A stretch of DNA of 64,000 bases from an uncultured Acidobacteriota bacterium. Its GTDB lineage: Bacteria; Acidobacteriota; Thermoanaerobaculia; UBA5066; Gp7-AA6. The position numbers and the translations under genes were made by a program. Position 1 is the first letter of the stretch. Each line of letters opens with the position of its first letter. The stretch spans positions 64,001 through 128,000 of the forward strand of contig CAVXTP010000003.1 in assembly GCA_963764715.1 (NCBI GenBank), given 5' to 3'. The notes under the pieces were generated by a model. The model saw only the letters and a list, made by a program, of their open reading frames with translations. It was not told the origin of the DNA and made no database searches. Below are positions 46,939 through 55,636 of this stretch, one piece after another.

Positions 46939-48051
46939 GTGAGGGCCCGTGGTCGAATTCTGAGCCTTGCTCTCGTCGTAGGGGCGGCCCTTGCGGCCGC
47001 CCTGTTTGGAACGGCGGGGATAAACCCCGCCCCTACGACCGAGGGCATCACGCCGCGAGTCACCGCCGCGACCGGGGGCGCCGGCGCCGCGCTTGCCTTC
47101 CCGCGCGATCATGGCTCGCACCCGGACTCCGCGCTCGAGTGGTGGTACTGGACCGGGCACCTGTCGGGAGCGGGCGGCCGGGCCTACGGCTTCCAGCTCA
47201 CGTTCTTCCGCCTGCGCGACGTGCACCTGGCTCACTTCGCCTGGTCAGACATCGGCGCGCAGCGGTTCGCCTTCGAGGAGAAGACGCACCTGGCGCTGCC
47301 CGGAATCGCGGGCGCCTCGGAAGAACGGCTCGACGTCTTCAACGAAGACTGGTCCGCGCGCGAGGCCGGCGGCGCGCAGAAGCTCTCGGTGCGCACCGCC
47401 GAGGGCCTCCTCACGCTGACGCTGTCGCCCGCCAGGCCCCCCGTGCTCCACGGCGAGGGCGGCATCTCGAAGAAGGGGCCGGGGCCGACCGAGTACTCGC
47501 ACTACGTGTCGATCACTCGCCTCGCGGTCTCCGGCGCGCTCGACCGCAAGGGCAGGACCGAGGCCCTGACGGGGACCGTCTGGTTCGACCACGAGTGGGG
47601 ACCGGGGGGGCTTCCGGCGGGAGTCGCCGGCTGGGACTGGTTCGCCCTGCAGCTCTCGGACGGCTCGGAGCTGATGCTCTACCGCATGCGCCTCGCGGGC
47701 GGCGCGGCCTCCCCGTTCTCCGCCGGCACCTTCGTGCCGGCCTCCGGCCCGCCGCGCGCCGTCGCCTGGAAGGACGTCACGCTCTCGCCGCGGACGCGCT
47801 GGACCTCGCCGAAGTCGAAGGCCGCGTACCCGGCGGTCTGGTCGCTCGCCGTCGCGCCCCTGGGGCTGGAGGTCACGCTGACGCCGCTGCTGGCCGACCA
47901 GGAGCTCGTGACCGCGAAGTCGACCCAGGTCACCTACTGGGAAGGCGCGTGCCGCGTCGAGGGAACGCGCGAGGGCCGGCCGATCGGGGGGCGGGCGTAC
48001 GTCGAGATGACGGGCTACGCGGGCCGAGACGTCCCGGGCTTCTCGCCCTAG
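46939..48051 (+). CDS. Secreted AttH/CrtC-like lipocalin-fold protein
   Basis: Signal peptide, FPRDHGSHP, EWWYWTGHL, GFQLTFFR, WFDHEW, GWDWF, YWEG, YVEMTGY. Confidence 0.85.
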   Translation: MRARGRILSLALVVGAALAAALFGTAGINPAPTTEGITPRVTAATGGAGAALAFPRDHGSHPDSALEWWYWTGHLSGAGGRAYGFQLTFFRLRDVHLAHFAWSDIGAQRFAFEEKTHLALPGIAGASEERLDVFNEDWSAREAGGAQKLSVRTAEGLLTLTLSPARPPVLHGEGGISKKGPGPTEYSHYVSITRLAVSGALDRKGRTEALTGTVWFDHEWGPGGLPAGVAGWDWFALQLSDGSELMLYRMRLAGGAASPFSAGTFVPASGPPRAVAWKDVTLSPRTRWTSPKSKAAYPAVWSLAVAPLGLEVTLTPLLADQELVTAKSTQVTYWEGACRVEGTREGRPIGGRAYVEMTGYAGRDVPGFSP

Positions 48052-48052
48052 C

Positions 48053-48517
48053 TCACGGCGCGGGGGACGGGGCCGGCGTCGCCGCGCCCGGCTTGGGCTC
48101 GACCTCCATCGTGATCATGAAGGTCTTCGCCTTCGAGAGGTTGCGGAAGACGAACGGAAACTTGATCGCCGCCGCGTCCCTCTCCCCGGCCGCGAGCCAG
48201 CCGACGCGCGTGCCCCCGGATCCCGCGGCCACCATGTTTCCCGCCTCGTCGAGGATCGCGACCGCGACCCCGACGGCGACCGGCGCCAGGCCGTCGTTGT
48301 CGATGCGGACGACCGCCTCGCTCGTGGAGCGGCGCAGCCCCGCGCCGACCTCGCCCGAGACCTTGAAGACGATCTGGTTGATCTTGATCTTGTCGAGCGA
48401 CAGACGGATGTCCTGGATGCTGTCGACCGGCTTGAAGTCGAACGTCTTCGTCACCTGCTGGGCCGCGAGGGGAGCCGCGAGAAGGGCCGCGGCGATGAAG
48501 AGAAGGGATCGGCGCAT
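48053..48517 (-). CDS. Secreted hypothetical beta-sandwich protein (paralog of 48601-49131)
   Basis: Signal peptide ending PLAA; VRIDNDG..VGVAVAILDEAGNMVAAGS..FPFVFRNL shared with its neighbour. Confidence 0.7.
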   Translation of the reverse strand: MRRSLLFIAAALLAAPLAAQQVTKTFDFKPVDSIQDIRLSLDKIKINQIVFKVSGEVGAGLRRSTSEAVVRIDNDGLAPVAVGVAVAILDEAGNMVAAGSGGTRVGWLAAGERDAAAIKFPFVFRNLSKAKTFMITMEVEPKPGAATPAPSPAP

Positions 48518-48600
48518 GGCGCGTTCCTCCGTGCGCCGACCATATCAAAGGGATCTCGGACCCGTCTGCGTTCCGCGGTCCGCCGCCTGCCTCCTGCCGC

Positions 48601-49131
48601 CTACGGCACCGGCGTCGGACTCAGGGGCTCGGACTCGACCGACGAGGAAGACGAGGACGACGTCGTCGACGAGCTCTTGGAGGGCTTGGACGACTTGCCC
48701 TGCGTCTCGATCGTGACCATGAACGTCGCGGCCTTTTCGAGGTTGCGGTACACGTACGGGAAGTCGATCGTGTAGTAGGTGCGGTCGCCCTTGGTCAGGT
48801 AGCCCCACTTGGTCCCGTTGGAGCCGGCGGCGACGACGTTGCCCTCCGAATCGAAGACGACGACGGCGACCCCGACCTGCTGATCCGTCAGGCCGTTGTT
48901 GTCGATCCGCACGCGCACGTCCGCGCTCGACTTCCGCAGCGGCGTTCCTTTCAGCGTGCTTCCCGTGTTGAAGGTCACCTGGCCGATCACGACTTCGCCG
49001 GCCGAGATGTTGATGTCCTGGACGCCGTTGACGGGCGCCCAATCGAACTTCTTCGTCGCTTGCTCCGCCGCCAGCGGCGCCGCGAGCAATCCTGCCAATG
49101 CCAGTGCCGAGCCCAGCCTGCCGAATCTCAT
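48601..49131 (-). CDS. Secreted hypothetical beta-sandwich protein with Ser/Thr-rich tail
   Basis: GGAGGT RBS before ATG 49131; signal peptide ending PLAA; VRIDNNG..VGVAVVVFDSEGNVVAAGS..FPYVYRNL; poly-Ser tail. Confidence 0.7.
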   Translation of the reverse strand: MRFGRLGSALALAGLLAAPLAAEQATKKFDWAPVNGVQDINISAGEVVIGQVTFNTGSTLKGTPLRKSSADVRVRIDNNGLTDQQVGVAVVVFDSEGNVVAAGSNGTKWGYLTKGDRTYYTIDFPYVYRNLEKAATFMVTIETQGKSSKPSKSSSTTSSSSSSSVESEPLSPTPVP

Positions 49132-49217
49132 TCCCACCTCCATGTGCGAATCGCCAAACGCGAAGCCGCACCGGACGCTCCGGCGCGGACTTTAGGGAGT
49201 GTAGCAGGCCGCGGCGG

Positions 49218-50741
49218 TTACGCGCCGGGTTTCGCGGCGAGGCGGGAGCGGCGGTACCCGTAGGCGAAGTAGATGACGAGGCCGAGCACGAGCCACACGC
49301 CGAAGCGGATCCACGTCGCGAGCGGCAGCCCGCCGTAGCGGGTGAGAACGAGCCCCGCCGGCGTCGACTGGAGCCACGGCATGCCGACGATGAGGTACAG
49401 GCAGACGGCGATGCCGAGGATCGGCGTCAGCGGGACGAGCGGCGTCCGGAATGCCCGCTTGCGGTCCGGGTCCCTCTTGCGCAGCACCATGATCCCGATG
49501 CACACCAGGATGAAGGCGAAGAGCGTCCCGATGTTCGTCAGCTCGACGAAGACGTCCAGGTTGGCGAAGGCCGAGAGCGCCGCGACGCCGATGCCGATCC
49601 AGATCGTGGTCACGTGCGGCGTCCGGTACTTGGGGTGGATCTTCGCGAACGACGAGGGAAGCAGGCCGTCGCGGGCCATCGAGAAGAAGATCCGGGCCTG
49701 GCCGTACTGGAACACCAGCAGCACCGCGGTCGTCGCGATCACCGCGCCGAACGCCACGATGCCCGCCGCCCAGTTCATCCCGAGGAGCGAGAAGGCCCGC
49801 GCGAGCGGCTCGGAGGAGCCCCGGATCTTCTCGAGGGGGACCATCCCGGTCAGGACGAGGGCCGTCGCCACGTAGAGCACCGTGCAGACGGCGAGGGAGC
49901 CGATCATTCCGATCGGCATGTCCTTCTGCGGGTTCTTGCACTCTTCGGCCGCCGTCGAGACGGCGTCGAACCCGATGTAGGCGAAGAAGATCAGCGCGGC
50001 GCCCGTCCCGATGCCGGCCCAGCCGTTGGGCGAGAACGGGTGCCAGTTGGCCGGCTTGACGTACAGGGCGCCCACGATCACGAAGAAGACGAGGATCGTC
50101 AGCTTCACGAGGACCATGTAGGTGTTGACGCGGGCCGACTCCTTGATCCCGATGACGAGGAGCCACGTCAGCAGCAGGGTGATCGCCGCGGCGGGCACGT
50201 TGAGCACGATGGGTATGCCGAAAACGTGGGGCGCCGAGTCCATGAAGCCCGCCGTCCGCGACGCCGTGTGGAGGTCGGTCGTCAGCCACGGCGGGATCAC
50301 GATGCCGAAGCCCTTCAGGAGCTCGACGAAATAGCCCGACCAGGACACCGCGACGGCGACGTTGCCCATCGCGTACTCGATGATGAGGTCCCAGCCGATG
50401 ATCCAGGCGACGAACTCGCCGAGCGTGGCGTACGAGTACGTGTAGGCGCTGCCGGAAATCGGGACGAGCGACGCGAATTCCGCGTAGCACAGGGCGCAGA
50501 ACCCGCAGCCGATGGCCGTGATGAGGATCGAGATGACGAGCGCCGGCCCCGCGCCGTCGTGGTGCGCGCCACCCGCCGCCGCCGACCCGATGACGGCGAA
50601 GATCCCGGCGCCGATGATCGCGCCGATGCCGAGAGCGACGAGCTCGAGAGGGCCCAGGGCCCGCTTGAGCTGGTGGGAGGGCTCCTCCGCGTCGGCGAGG
50701 ATCGAGTCGAGCGTCTTGGTTCGGAAGAGCTGGCTGCTCAT
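49218..50741 (-). CDS. APC-family amino acid permease (cationic amino acid transporter-like)
   Basis: LGIGAIIGAGIF, YAEFAS..GSAYTY, FFAYIGFD, EECKNPQ, MARDGLLP. Confidence 0.92.
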   Translation of the reverse strand: MSSQLFRTKTLDSILADAEEPSHQLKRALGPLELVALGIGAIIGAGIFAVIGSAAAGGAHHDGAGPALVISILITAIGCGFCALCYAEFASLVPISGSAYTYSYATLGEFVAWIIGWDLIIEYAMGNVAVAVSWSGYFVELLKGFGIVIPPWLTTDLHTASRTAGFMDSAPHVFGIPIVLNVPAAAITLLLTWLLVIGIKESARVNTYMVLVKLTILVFFVIVGALYVKPANWHPFSPNGWAGIGTGAALIFFAYIGFDAVSTAAEECKNPQKDMPIGMIGSLAVCTVLYVATALVLTGMVPLEKIRGSSEPLARAFSLLGMNWAAGIVAFGAVIATTAVLLVFQYGQARIFFSMARDGLLPSSFAKIHPKYRTPHVTTIWIGIGVAALSAFANLDVFVELTNIGTLFAFILVCIGIMVLRKRDPDRKRAFRTPLVPLTPILGIAVCLYLIVGMPWLQSTPAGLVLTRYGGLPLATWIRFGVWLVLGLVIYFAYGYRRSRLAAKPGA

Positions 50742-50784
50742 GCGAAAGTGCGGGCAGGATATCAGACGGCCCGCGCCCCCGGCC

Positions 50785-51477
50785 TCACGGCGCCAGGACG
50801 CGGGAGGCGATCTCGTCCAGGCCCTCGATCCGCTCGGGGACCTGGGGGTACCGGCCCTCGCGATCGATCAGGACGGCCGCGAGCCCGGCGGCGCGGGCGC
50901 CCTCGTAATCGTCGCCGACCGAGTCCCCGACGTGCAGGGCCTCGGCCGGCGCGACGCCGAGGCGGGCGCAGGTGCGGTGGAAGATTTCCGCCCCGGGCTT
51001 TCCGGTCGCCTCGATCGCGGAAACCGACACGACGCGGAAGAAATCGGCCAGGTCCAGGGCCTCGAGCAGGCGCGGCAGGTGCGAGTCCCAGTTGGAGATG
51101 ACGGCGAGGGCGAAGCCGCGCGCCTGGAGATCCTCGAGCGCGGGCCGCACGTCGCCGTACATCGCCCAGGAGCCGGGCCGGCGGAAATGCTCCGCGAGCC
51201 GCGCGAAGGCCTCGGCCGAGACCTCGCCGCCGTCGAGCCGCGACCGGACGCGGCCGAGGAAGCGGCGCCAGAACTCCTCTTCGCCCGACACGCCCCCGTA
51301 CCGGTCGCCCGGGGCGGCCGCCTGCACCTCCGCCCATGTTTCGAGCAGCGCCTCGCGCAGTCGCGGGCCCTCGAAACGCGCGCCGTCCTCGCGGAACACG
51401 CGCGCGTAGACCTCCTCGATCGGAGGGTCCGGATGCAGAAGCGTCGCCCCGGCGTCGAAGCAGACCGCCCGGATCAG
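50785..51477 (-). CDS. HAD-IA family hydrolase (probable CTG start)
   Basis: (M)IRAVCFDAGATL motif I, ISNWD, GKP, HVGDSVGDDYEGA; CTG overlaps the upstream TGA. Confidence 0.85.
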   Translation of the reverse strand: MIRAVCFDAGATLLHPDPPIEEVYARVFREDGARFEGPRLREALLETWAEVQAAAPGDRYGGVSGEEEFWRRFLGRVRSRLDGGEVSAEAFARLAEHFRRPGSWAMYGDVRPALEDLQARGFALAVISNWDSHLPRLLEALDLADFFRVVSVSAIEATGKPGAEIFHRTCARLGVAPAEALHVGDSVGDDYEGARAAGLAAVLIDREGRYPQVPERIEGLDEIASRVLAP

Positions 51478-52154
51478 CAGACGAGCGCGTTCTCCCGCAT
51501 CACGCCGTCGAGCGCGCGGTTCAACGCGTCGCAGCAGCGGCGGGCCGCCGCGAGCGCCTTCTCCCGGGCCTCCGGCGTGTCGGCCACGCGGCCGAGCGCC
51601 TCGCGCTCGACCTGGCGGTGCCACACGTCGGCCTGCTCGTGGACGGAGAAGAACTTCGTGGCGTCGCCCTCGGCGATGCCGTAGAACTCCTTCAGGCCTT
51701 CGCGCTTGGTCTTCGAGACCTCCGGGATCTGCGACTCGTAGGCGTAGAGCGCCGCGAGGCCTTCGGCCGTGGAGCCCTCGCGGGTCGCGCGCCGGAACTC
51801 GGCGATCGTCTGCGCGACCTCGGCCGTGCGGGGCGCGGAGGCGAGGTCGGACTCGGCCGCTCCGAGCGCGCCGGCGAACCTGCGCCAGAGCGCCGGGTGG
51901 TTCTCGGGCCCGCGCTCCTCCTCGATCAGGTTCTCGAGGAGCTCGTGCCGGAGCGCCGCGTCCTCGCAGCCGGCGTGGACGCCCGACACGTAGGTCGGGA
52001 AGGCGGCGACGTGCGGGTAGTACGAGATCGCGTACTCACGCAGGTTCTCGCGGGTGAGACGCCCCTGCGACCAGAGCTGGTAGAAGGGATGCTTGAGCAG
52101 GTGCTTTTCGGCGATCAAGGCATCCAGGGCGGTGAGGAACTCGTCACGGGTCAT
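51474..52154 (-). CDS. CADD/CT610-family (PqqC-like) dimetal protein, putative p-aminobenzoate synthase
   Basis: HLLKHPFYQLWSQG, YYPHVAAFP, ENLIEEE..NH, LYAYESQIP..KREGL, HEQADVWH. Confidence 0.85.
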   Translation of the reverse strand: MTRDEFLTALDALIAEKHLLKHPFYQLWSQGRLTRENLREYAISYYPHVAAFPTYVSGVHAGCEDAALRHELLENLIEEERGPENHPALWRRFAGALGAAESDLASAPRTAEVAQTIAEFRRATREGSTAEGLAALYAYESQIPEVSKTKREGLKEFYGIAEGDATKFFSVHEQADVWHRQVEREALGRVADTPEAREKALAAARRCCDALNRALDGVMRENALVC

Positions 52155-52175
52155 GTCGGCTCCTTGTACGGTCGT

Positions 52176-52224
52176 CAGTCAGCAGTCAGCAGTAAGCAGT
52201 AAGCAGTAAGCAGTAAGCAGTAAG
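52176..52224. repeat. Heptamer tandem repeat (CAGTMAG)x7
   Basis: Two CAGTCAG then five CAGTAAG units; same unit as at 29453. Confidence 0.9.
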
Positions 52225-52249
52225 CGGGGAGATTATAAGTACAACTCGG

Positions 52250-52281
52250 CCTGCCTCCTGCCTCCTGCTTCCTGCCTCCTG
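52250..52281. repeat. Heptamer tandem repeat (CCTGCCT)x4.5
   Basis: CCTGCCT CCTGCCT CCTGCTT CCTGCCT CCTG; shorter copies near 48587 and 58171. Confidence 0.8.
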
Positions 52282-52283
52282 GT

Positions 52284-53063
52284 TTACGGCATGACCTGCC
52301 CGCCGTCGGCCACGATGGCCTGGCCCGTGATCGAGCGGGCGTCGTCCGAGGCGAGGTAGGCGGCCAGGCCTGCGATCTCCTCGGGGTCGAGGACGCGCTT
52401 GAGCGGCGCCATGGCGGCGGCCGTGGCGCGGCCGGCCTCGACCGAGCCGAACCGCGCGAAGCCCTGCCTCGCCATCTCGGTTTCGACCCAGCCCGGACAG
52501 ATGGCGTTGACCGTGATCTTCCGGGGTGCGAGCTCCAGGGCGAGGGCCCGTGTCAGGCCGATGACGCCGTGCTTGGACGCGCAGTACGCGCCATACCCGG
52601 CCACGCCGAAACGGCCGAGCACGGAGGAGAGGTTGATGACCCGCCCGCCGTCGGAAAGGTGCGGCGCCGCAATGCGCGTGACCCGGAAGACGGCCGTCAG
52701 GTTGGTCGCGAGGATCGCGTCCCAGCGGGCCTCGTCCCCGTCCTCGAGGGGCGTCGCGCCTCCGAGCCCCGCGTTGTTGACGAGGACGTCGAGGCGACCG
52801 AACGACCCGACGGCGCCGGCGACCGCGTCCCGCACCGAGGCCCCGTCGGTCACGTCGCAGGGGACGGCCAGCGTTTCGGCCCCTCCGGCCGCGAGCTCGG
52901 CGGCGATCGTCCCGATCGCCCCTCCGTCGCGCGCCGCGAGGACCACCCGCGCGCCCTCCCCGGCGAACCGGCGGGCGATGGCCTCGCCGATGCCCCGGGA
53001 GGCGCCCGTGACGAACGCGACTTTTCCCTTCAGCCGCGCGGCTCCCGGCGTTCCCGTCCCCAT
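52284..53063 (-). CDS. SDR family oxidoreductase
   Basis: TGASRGIG, LVNNAG, YCASK, NAICPGWVET. Confidence 0.92.
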   Translation of the reverse strand: MGTGTPGAARLKGKVAFVTGASRGIGEAIARRFAGEGARVVLAARDGGAIGTIAAELAAGGAETLAVPCDVTDGASVRDAVAGAVGSFGRLDVLVNNAGLGGATPLEDGDEARWDAILATNLTAVFRVTRIAAPHLSDGGRVINLSSVLGRFGVAGYGAYCASKHGVIGLTRALALELAPRKITVNAICPGWVETEMARQGFARFGSVEAGRATAAAMAPLKRVLDPEEIAGLAAYLASDDARSITGQAIVADGGQVMP

Positions 53064-54049
53064 CAGCGCCGCGCCGGCAGCCGCGCTCCGGAGACCTCGG
53101 GCGGCAGCGGGAAGTGGACGTCCTCCTCGACGGTCAGGACCTCCTCGATCTCCACGACGCCGGGCCCGCCGAGCCGGCGGACGATGCCCTGGACCAGGAA
53201 CTCCGGCGCCGAGGCGCCCGAGGTGATTCCCAGGGTCTCGATGCCCTCGAGCCAGCCGAGGTCGATCTCCGCGACGTCGTCGACGAGATAGGCGCGGGCG
53301 CCGGCGAGGACCGCCTCCTCGACCAGGCGGTTGGAGTTCGACGAGTTGCGCGAGCCGACGACGAGGATGACGGGGGCCCTCTTCGCGAGCGCCCGCACGG
53401 CGACCTGCCGGTTCTGCGTGGCGTAGCAGATGTCGTCCCTGGCGGGCACGTGGATTCCGGGAAAGCGCCGCTTGAGCGTCTCGACGATCGGGCGCGTGTC
53501 CTCCATGGACAGGGTCGTCTGGGTGATGAGCGACACGCGGTCCGGGTCGGCCACGGCGATCGCCTCGGCGTCGGCCACCGAGGAGACCAGGCGGATCCGG
53601 CCGGAGGCCTCGCCCATCGTCCCCTCGACCTCCTCGTGGCCGGCGTGCCCGACGAGCAGGATGTCGTAGCCGAGCCGCGCGAAGCGAATCGCCTCCAGGT
53701 GCACCTTCGTCACGAGGGGGCAGGTCGCGTCGATGACCTTGAGCCCCCGCTCGACCGCCGCGGCGCGGACCGCGGGCGAGACGCCGTGCGCCGAGAAGAC
53801 GACCGTCGCGCCGTCGGGCACCTCCGTCAGCTCGTCCACGAATCGCACGCCGCGGGCCTCGAAATCCTTGACGACGTGCCGGTTGTGCACGATTTCCTTG
53901 CGGACGTAGACGGGCGCGTCGAAGCAGTCGAGCGCGAGGTCCACGATCTCGACGGCGCGCACGACGCCCGCGCAGAAGCCCCGCGGCGCGGCGAGCAGGA
54001 TGCGTCGGATGGAGGTGGGAGGGACGGCCGTTTCCGAGGGCGGAGTCAT
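53063..54049 (-). CDS. ispH: 4-hydroxy-3-methylbut-2-enyl diphosphate reductase
   Basis: PRGFCAGV, EIVHN, FSAHG, DATCPLVTKVH, GHEEVEG, DICYATQNRQ, SSNS, GASAPE. Confidence 0.96.
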   Translation of the reverse strand: MTPPSETAVPPTSIRRILLAAPRGFCAGVVRAVEIVDLALDCFDAPVYVRKEIVHNRHVVKDFEARGVRFVDELTEVPDGATVVFSAHGVSPAVRAAAVERGLKVIDATCPLVTKVHLEAIRFARLGYDILLVGHAGHEEVEGTMGEASGRIRLVSSVADAEAIAVADPDRVSLITQTTLSMEDTRPIVETLKRRFPGIHVPARDDICYATQNRQVAVRALAKRAPVILVVGSRNSSNSNRLVEEAVLAGARAYLVDDVAEIDLGWLEGIETLGITSGASAPEFLVQGIVRRLGGPGVVEIEEVLTVEEDVHFPLPPEVSGARLPARR

Positions 54050-54062
54050 GAGGGGCGCGATT

Positions 54063-54242
54063 CTATCGTCCCGGCTTGCCCCCCCGCCCGTTCGTCCGGA
54101 TCTCGGCGGGGTCCTCGCGCCGCTCGCGCAGGAAGAGCGAGCGCTCCAGCCCGCACTCGGCGCAGTAGCGCTCCCCCGTCTCGGCCTCGCGCGGGCAGGT
54201 CTCGTTGGCGCAGCGGCGCGGCGTCGTCTCGTTCTCGGTCAT
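54063..54242 (-). CDS. Small hypothetical protein (59 aa) with a four-Cys zinc-finger-like motif
   Basis: MTENETTPRRCANETC..YCAEC; ATGA overlap with the TetR stop; GAGAAAGGGG RBS-like sequence upstream. Confidence 0.6.
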   Translation of the reverse strand: MTENETTPRRCANETCPREAETGERYCAECGLERSLFLRERREDPAEIRTNGRGGKPGR

Positions 54243-54868
54243 CGCTTGTCCCCTTTCTCGCCGGACGGCGCGAGCAGGTAGTGGAGCAGCTCCCGCTCGC
54301 AGCGCTCCCGGTAGGCGTTGAAGGTCGCTTCCGGGTCCCGTTCCGAAAGCCACTGCATCATCAGTCCGTCGAAGATGGCCCGCATGGTGGAGCCGGCCTC
54401 CTTCGGATCCCTCAGCGCGAAGATGCCCCGGCGCATGCCTTCCTCGACGATGCTCCCGTCGATCTGGCGGCAGCCCGCGTAGAAGCGCTCGTTGACCTCG
54501 CGGAACGCCTCCCGCCGCGCGGCGAGGCCGCAGAAGTCCACGAAGGCCCGGAAAAAGGCGCGGTTCTTGGACGGCGAGGGGAAGATGAGCGCGACGAGCG
54601 CCCGGACCCTGGCGACCGGGTCCGGCTCCTTCGCGACGGCCTCGCGCATCCGGTCGTGGATCGAGTCGATGAGCCAGGAGAAAAGCTCGCGGAAGAGGTC
54701 TTCCTTCGAGTCGAAGTAGTACAGCGTCACGCCCTTCGAGACGCCCGCCCGGCGCGCGATGTCGTCGAGCGTGACCTCGGAAAACCCCTTCTCCGCGACC
54801 TCGCGGAAAGCGGCCTTCAGCAGGGTCAGCCGGCGCTCGGGCTCGGGCGAGGCGGCGAGGCGCGTCAT
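54239..54868 (-). CDS. TetR/AcrR family transcriptional regulator
   Basis: AAFREVAEKGFSEVTLDDIARRAGVSKGVTLYYFDSKEDL HTH. Confidence 0.93.
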   Translation of the reverse strand: MTRLAASPEPERRLTLLKAAFREVAEKGFSEVTLDDIARRAGVSKGVTLYYFDSKEDLFRELFSWLIDSIHDRMREAVAKEPDPVARVRALVALIFPSPSKNRAFFRAFVDFCGLAARREAFREVNERFYAGCRQIDGSIVEEGMRRGIFALRDPKEAGSTMRAIFDGLMMQWLSERDPEATFNAYRERCERELLHYLLAPSGEKGDKR

Positions 54869-54876
54869 GGGCAGGA

Positions 54877-54906
54877 ATCCTAACTGACCAGTCAGTCAGG
54901 AGTCAA
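54877..54906 (-). promoter_or_regulatory. sigma70-type promoter of tetR with overlapping palindromic operator
   Basis: Minus strand TTGACT-N18-TAGGAT ending 8 nt before the ATG; spacer holds the ACTGAC-CA-GTCAGT palindrome (54883-54896). Confidence 0.6.
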
Positions 54907-54956
54907 GGCGATGCGCCGGGGCCGGCTGAAGCCTCGTTTTCCCATAGACTTGCGAT

Positions 54957-55202
54957 GTGAAGATCCGGCTGCTCCACTTCGCCTCCTTCCGCGACGCCGT
55001 GGGCCGCGAGGAGGAGTCGCGCGAGGTCGCCGACGGAGCCCGGGTCGAGGACCTCTGGTCGACGCTCTGCCGGGAAGTCCCCCTGTTCGCCCGATTCCCC
55101 GCCATGCCCCCGGCCGCGGTCAACCGGGAGTACGTCCCGCCGGGGACCCGGCTCTCCGAAGGCGACGAGGTCGCCTTCCTCCCGCCGGTCGCCGGGGGCT
55201 GA
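54957..55202 (+). CDS. moaD: Molybdopterin synthase sulfur carrier subunit
   Basis: LHFASFRD, AVNREY, GDEVAFLPPVAGG C-terminal di-glycine. Confidence 0.92.
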   Translation: MKIRLLHFASFRDAVGREEESREVADGARVEDLWSTLCREVPLFARFPAMPPAAVNREYVPPGTRLSEGDEVAFLPPVAGG

Positions 55203-55207
55203 CGGCC

Positions 55208-55618
55208 GTGTTCGTCACTTCCTCTCCGATCGACCTCCCGTCCTTTCTCGCCGAAGCGCGGGCGAGCGACGGCGCCCTCTGCCTCTTCATCGGCGTCGTC
55301 CGCAACGAGCACCAGGGGCGCGCGACGATCTCGATCGAGTACCAGGCCTACGGCCCGATGGCGGAGTCGGAGTTCGCGAAAATCGCGGAAGGCCTCGAGC
55401 AGGAGTTCCCCGCGGTGAGCGTGCGGATGCAGCACCGCGTCGGCCGCCTCGCCGTCGGGGACGCCTCGGTCGCCATCGCGGCGGTCTCGCCGCACCGCGC
55501 CGAGGCCTTCGCCGCCTGCCGCGCCGCGATCGACCGGATCAAGACGACCGTGCCGATCTGGAAGAAGGAGTTCCATCCGGACGGCTCGAGCGACTGGGTC
55601 GATCCGACGAGGCCTTAG
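55208..55618 (+). CDS. moaE: Molybdopterin synthase catalytic subunit (start may be CTG 55199)
   Basis: GALCLFIGVVR, YQAYGPMA, HRVGRL, SPHRAEAF, KTTVPIWKKE. Confidence 0.92.
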   Translation: MFVTSSPIDLPSFLAEARASDGALCLFIGVVRNEHQGRATISIEYQAYGPMAESEFAKIAEGLEQEFPAVSVRMQHRVGRLAVGDASVAIAAVSPHRAEAFAACRAAIDRIKTTVPIWKKEFHPDGSSDWVDPTRP

Positions 55619-55636
55619 ACGTATACTGGAACCGCG

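Noticed and set aside
46939-48051. Carotenoid 1,2-hydratase CrtC as the actual function
   Set aside because: No carotenoid genes nearby; signal peptide and ABC/FtsX context indicate the AttH-like group.
51474-52154. PqqC / PQQ biosynthesis
   Set aside because: No pqqA/B/D/E nearby, and the motifs fit the CADD branch better.
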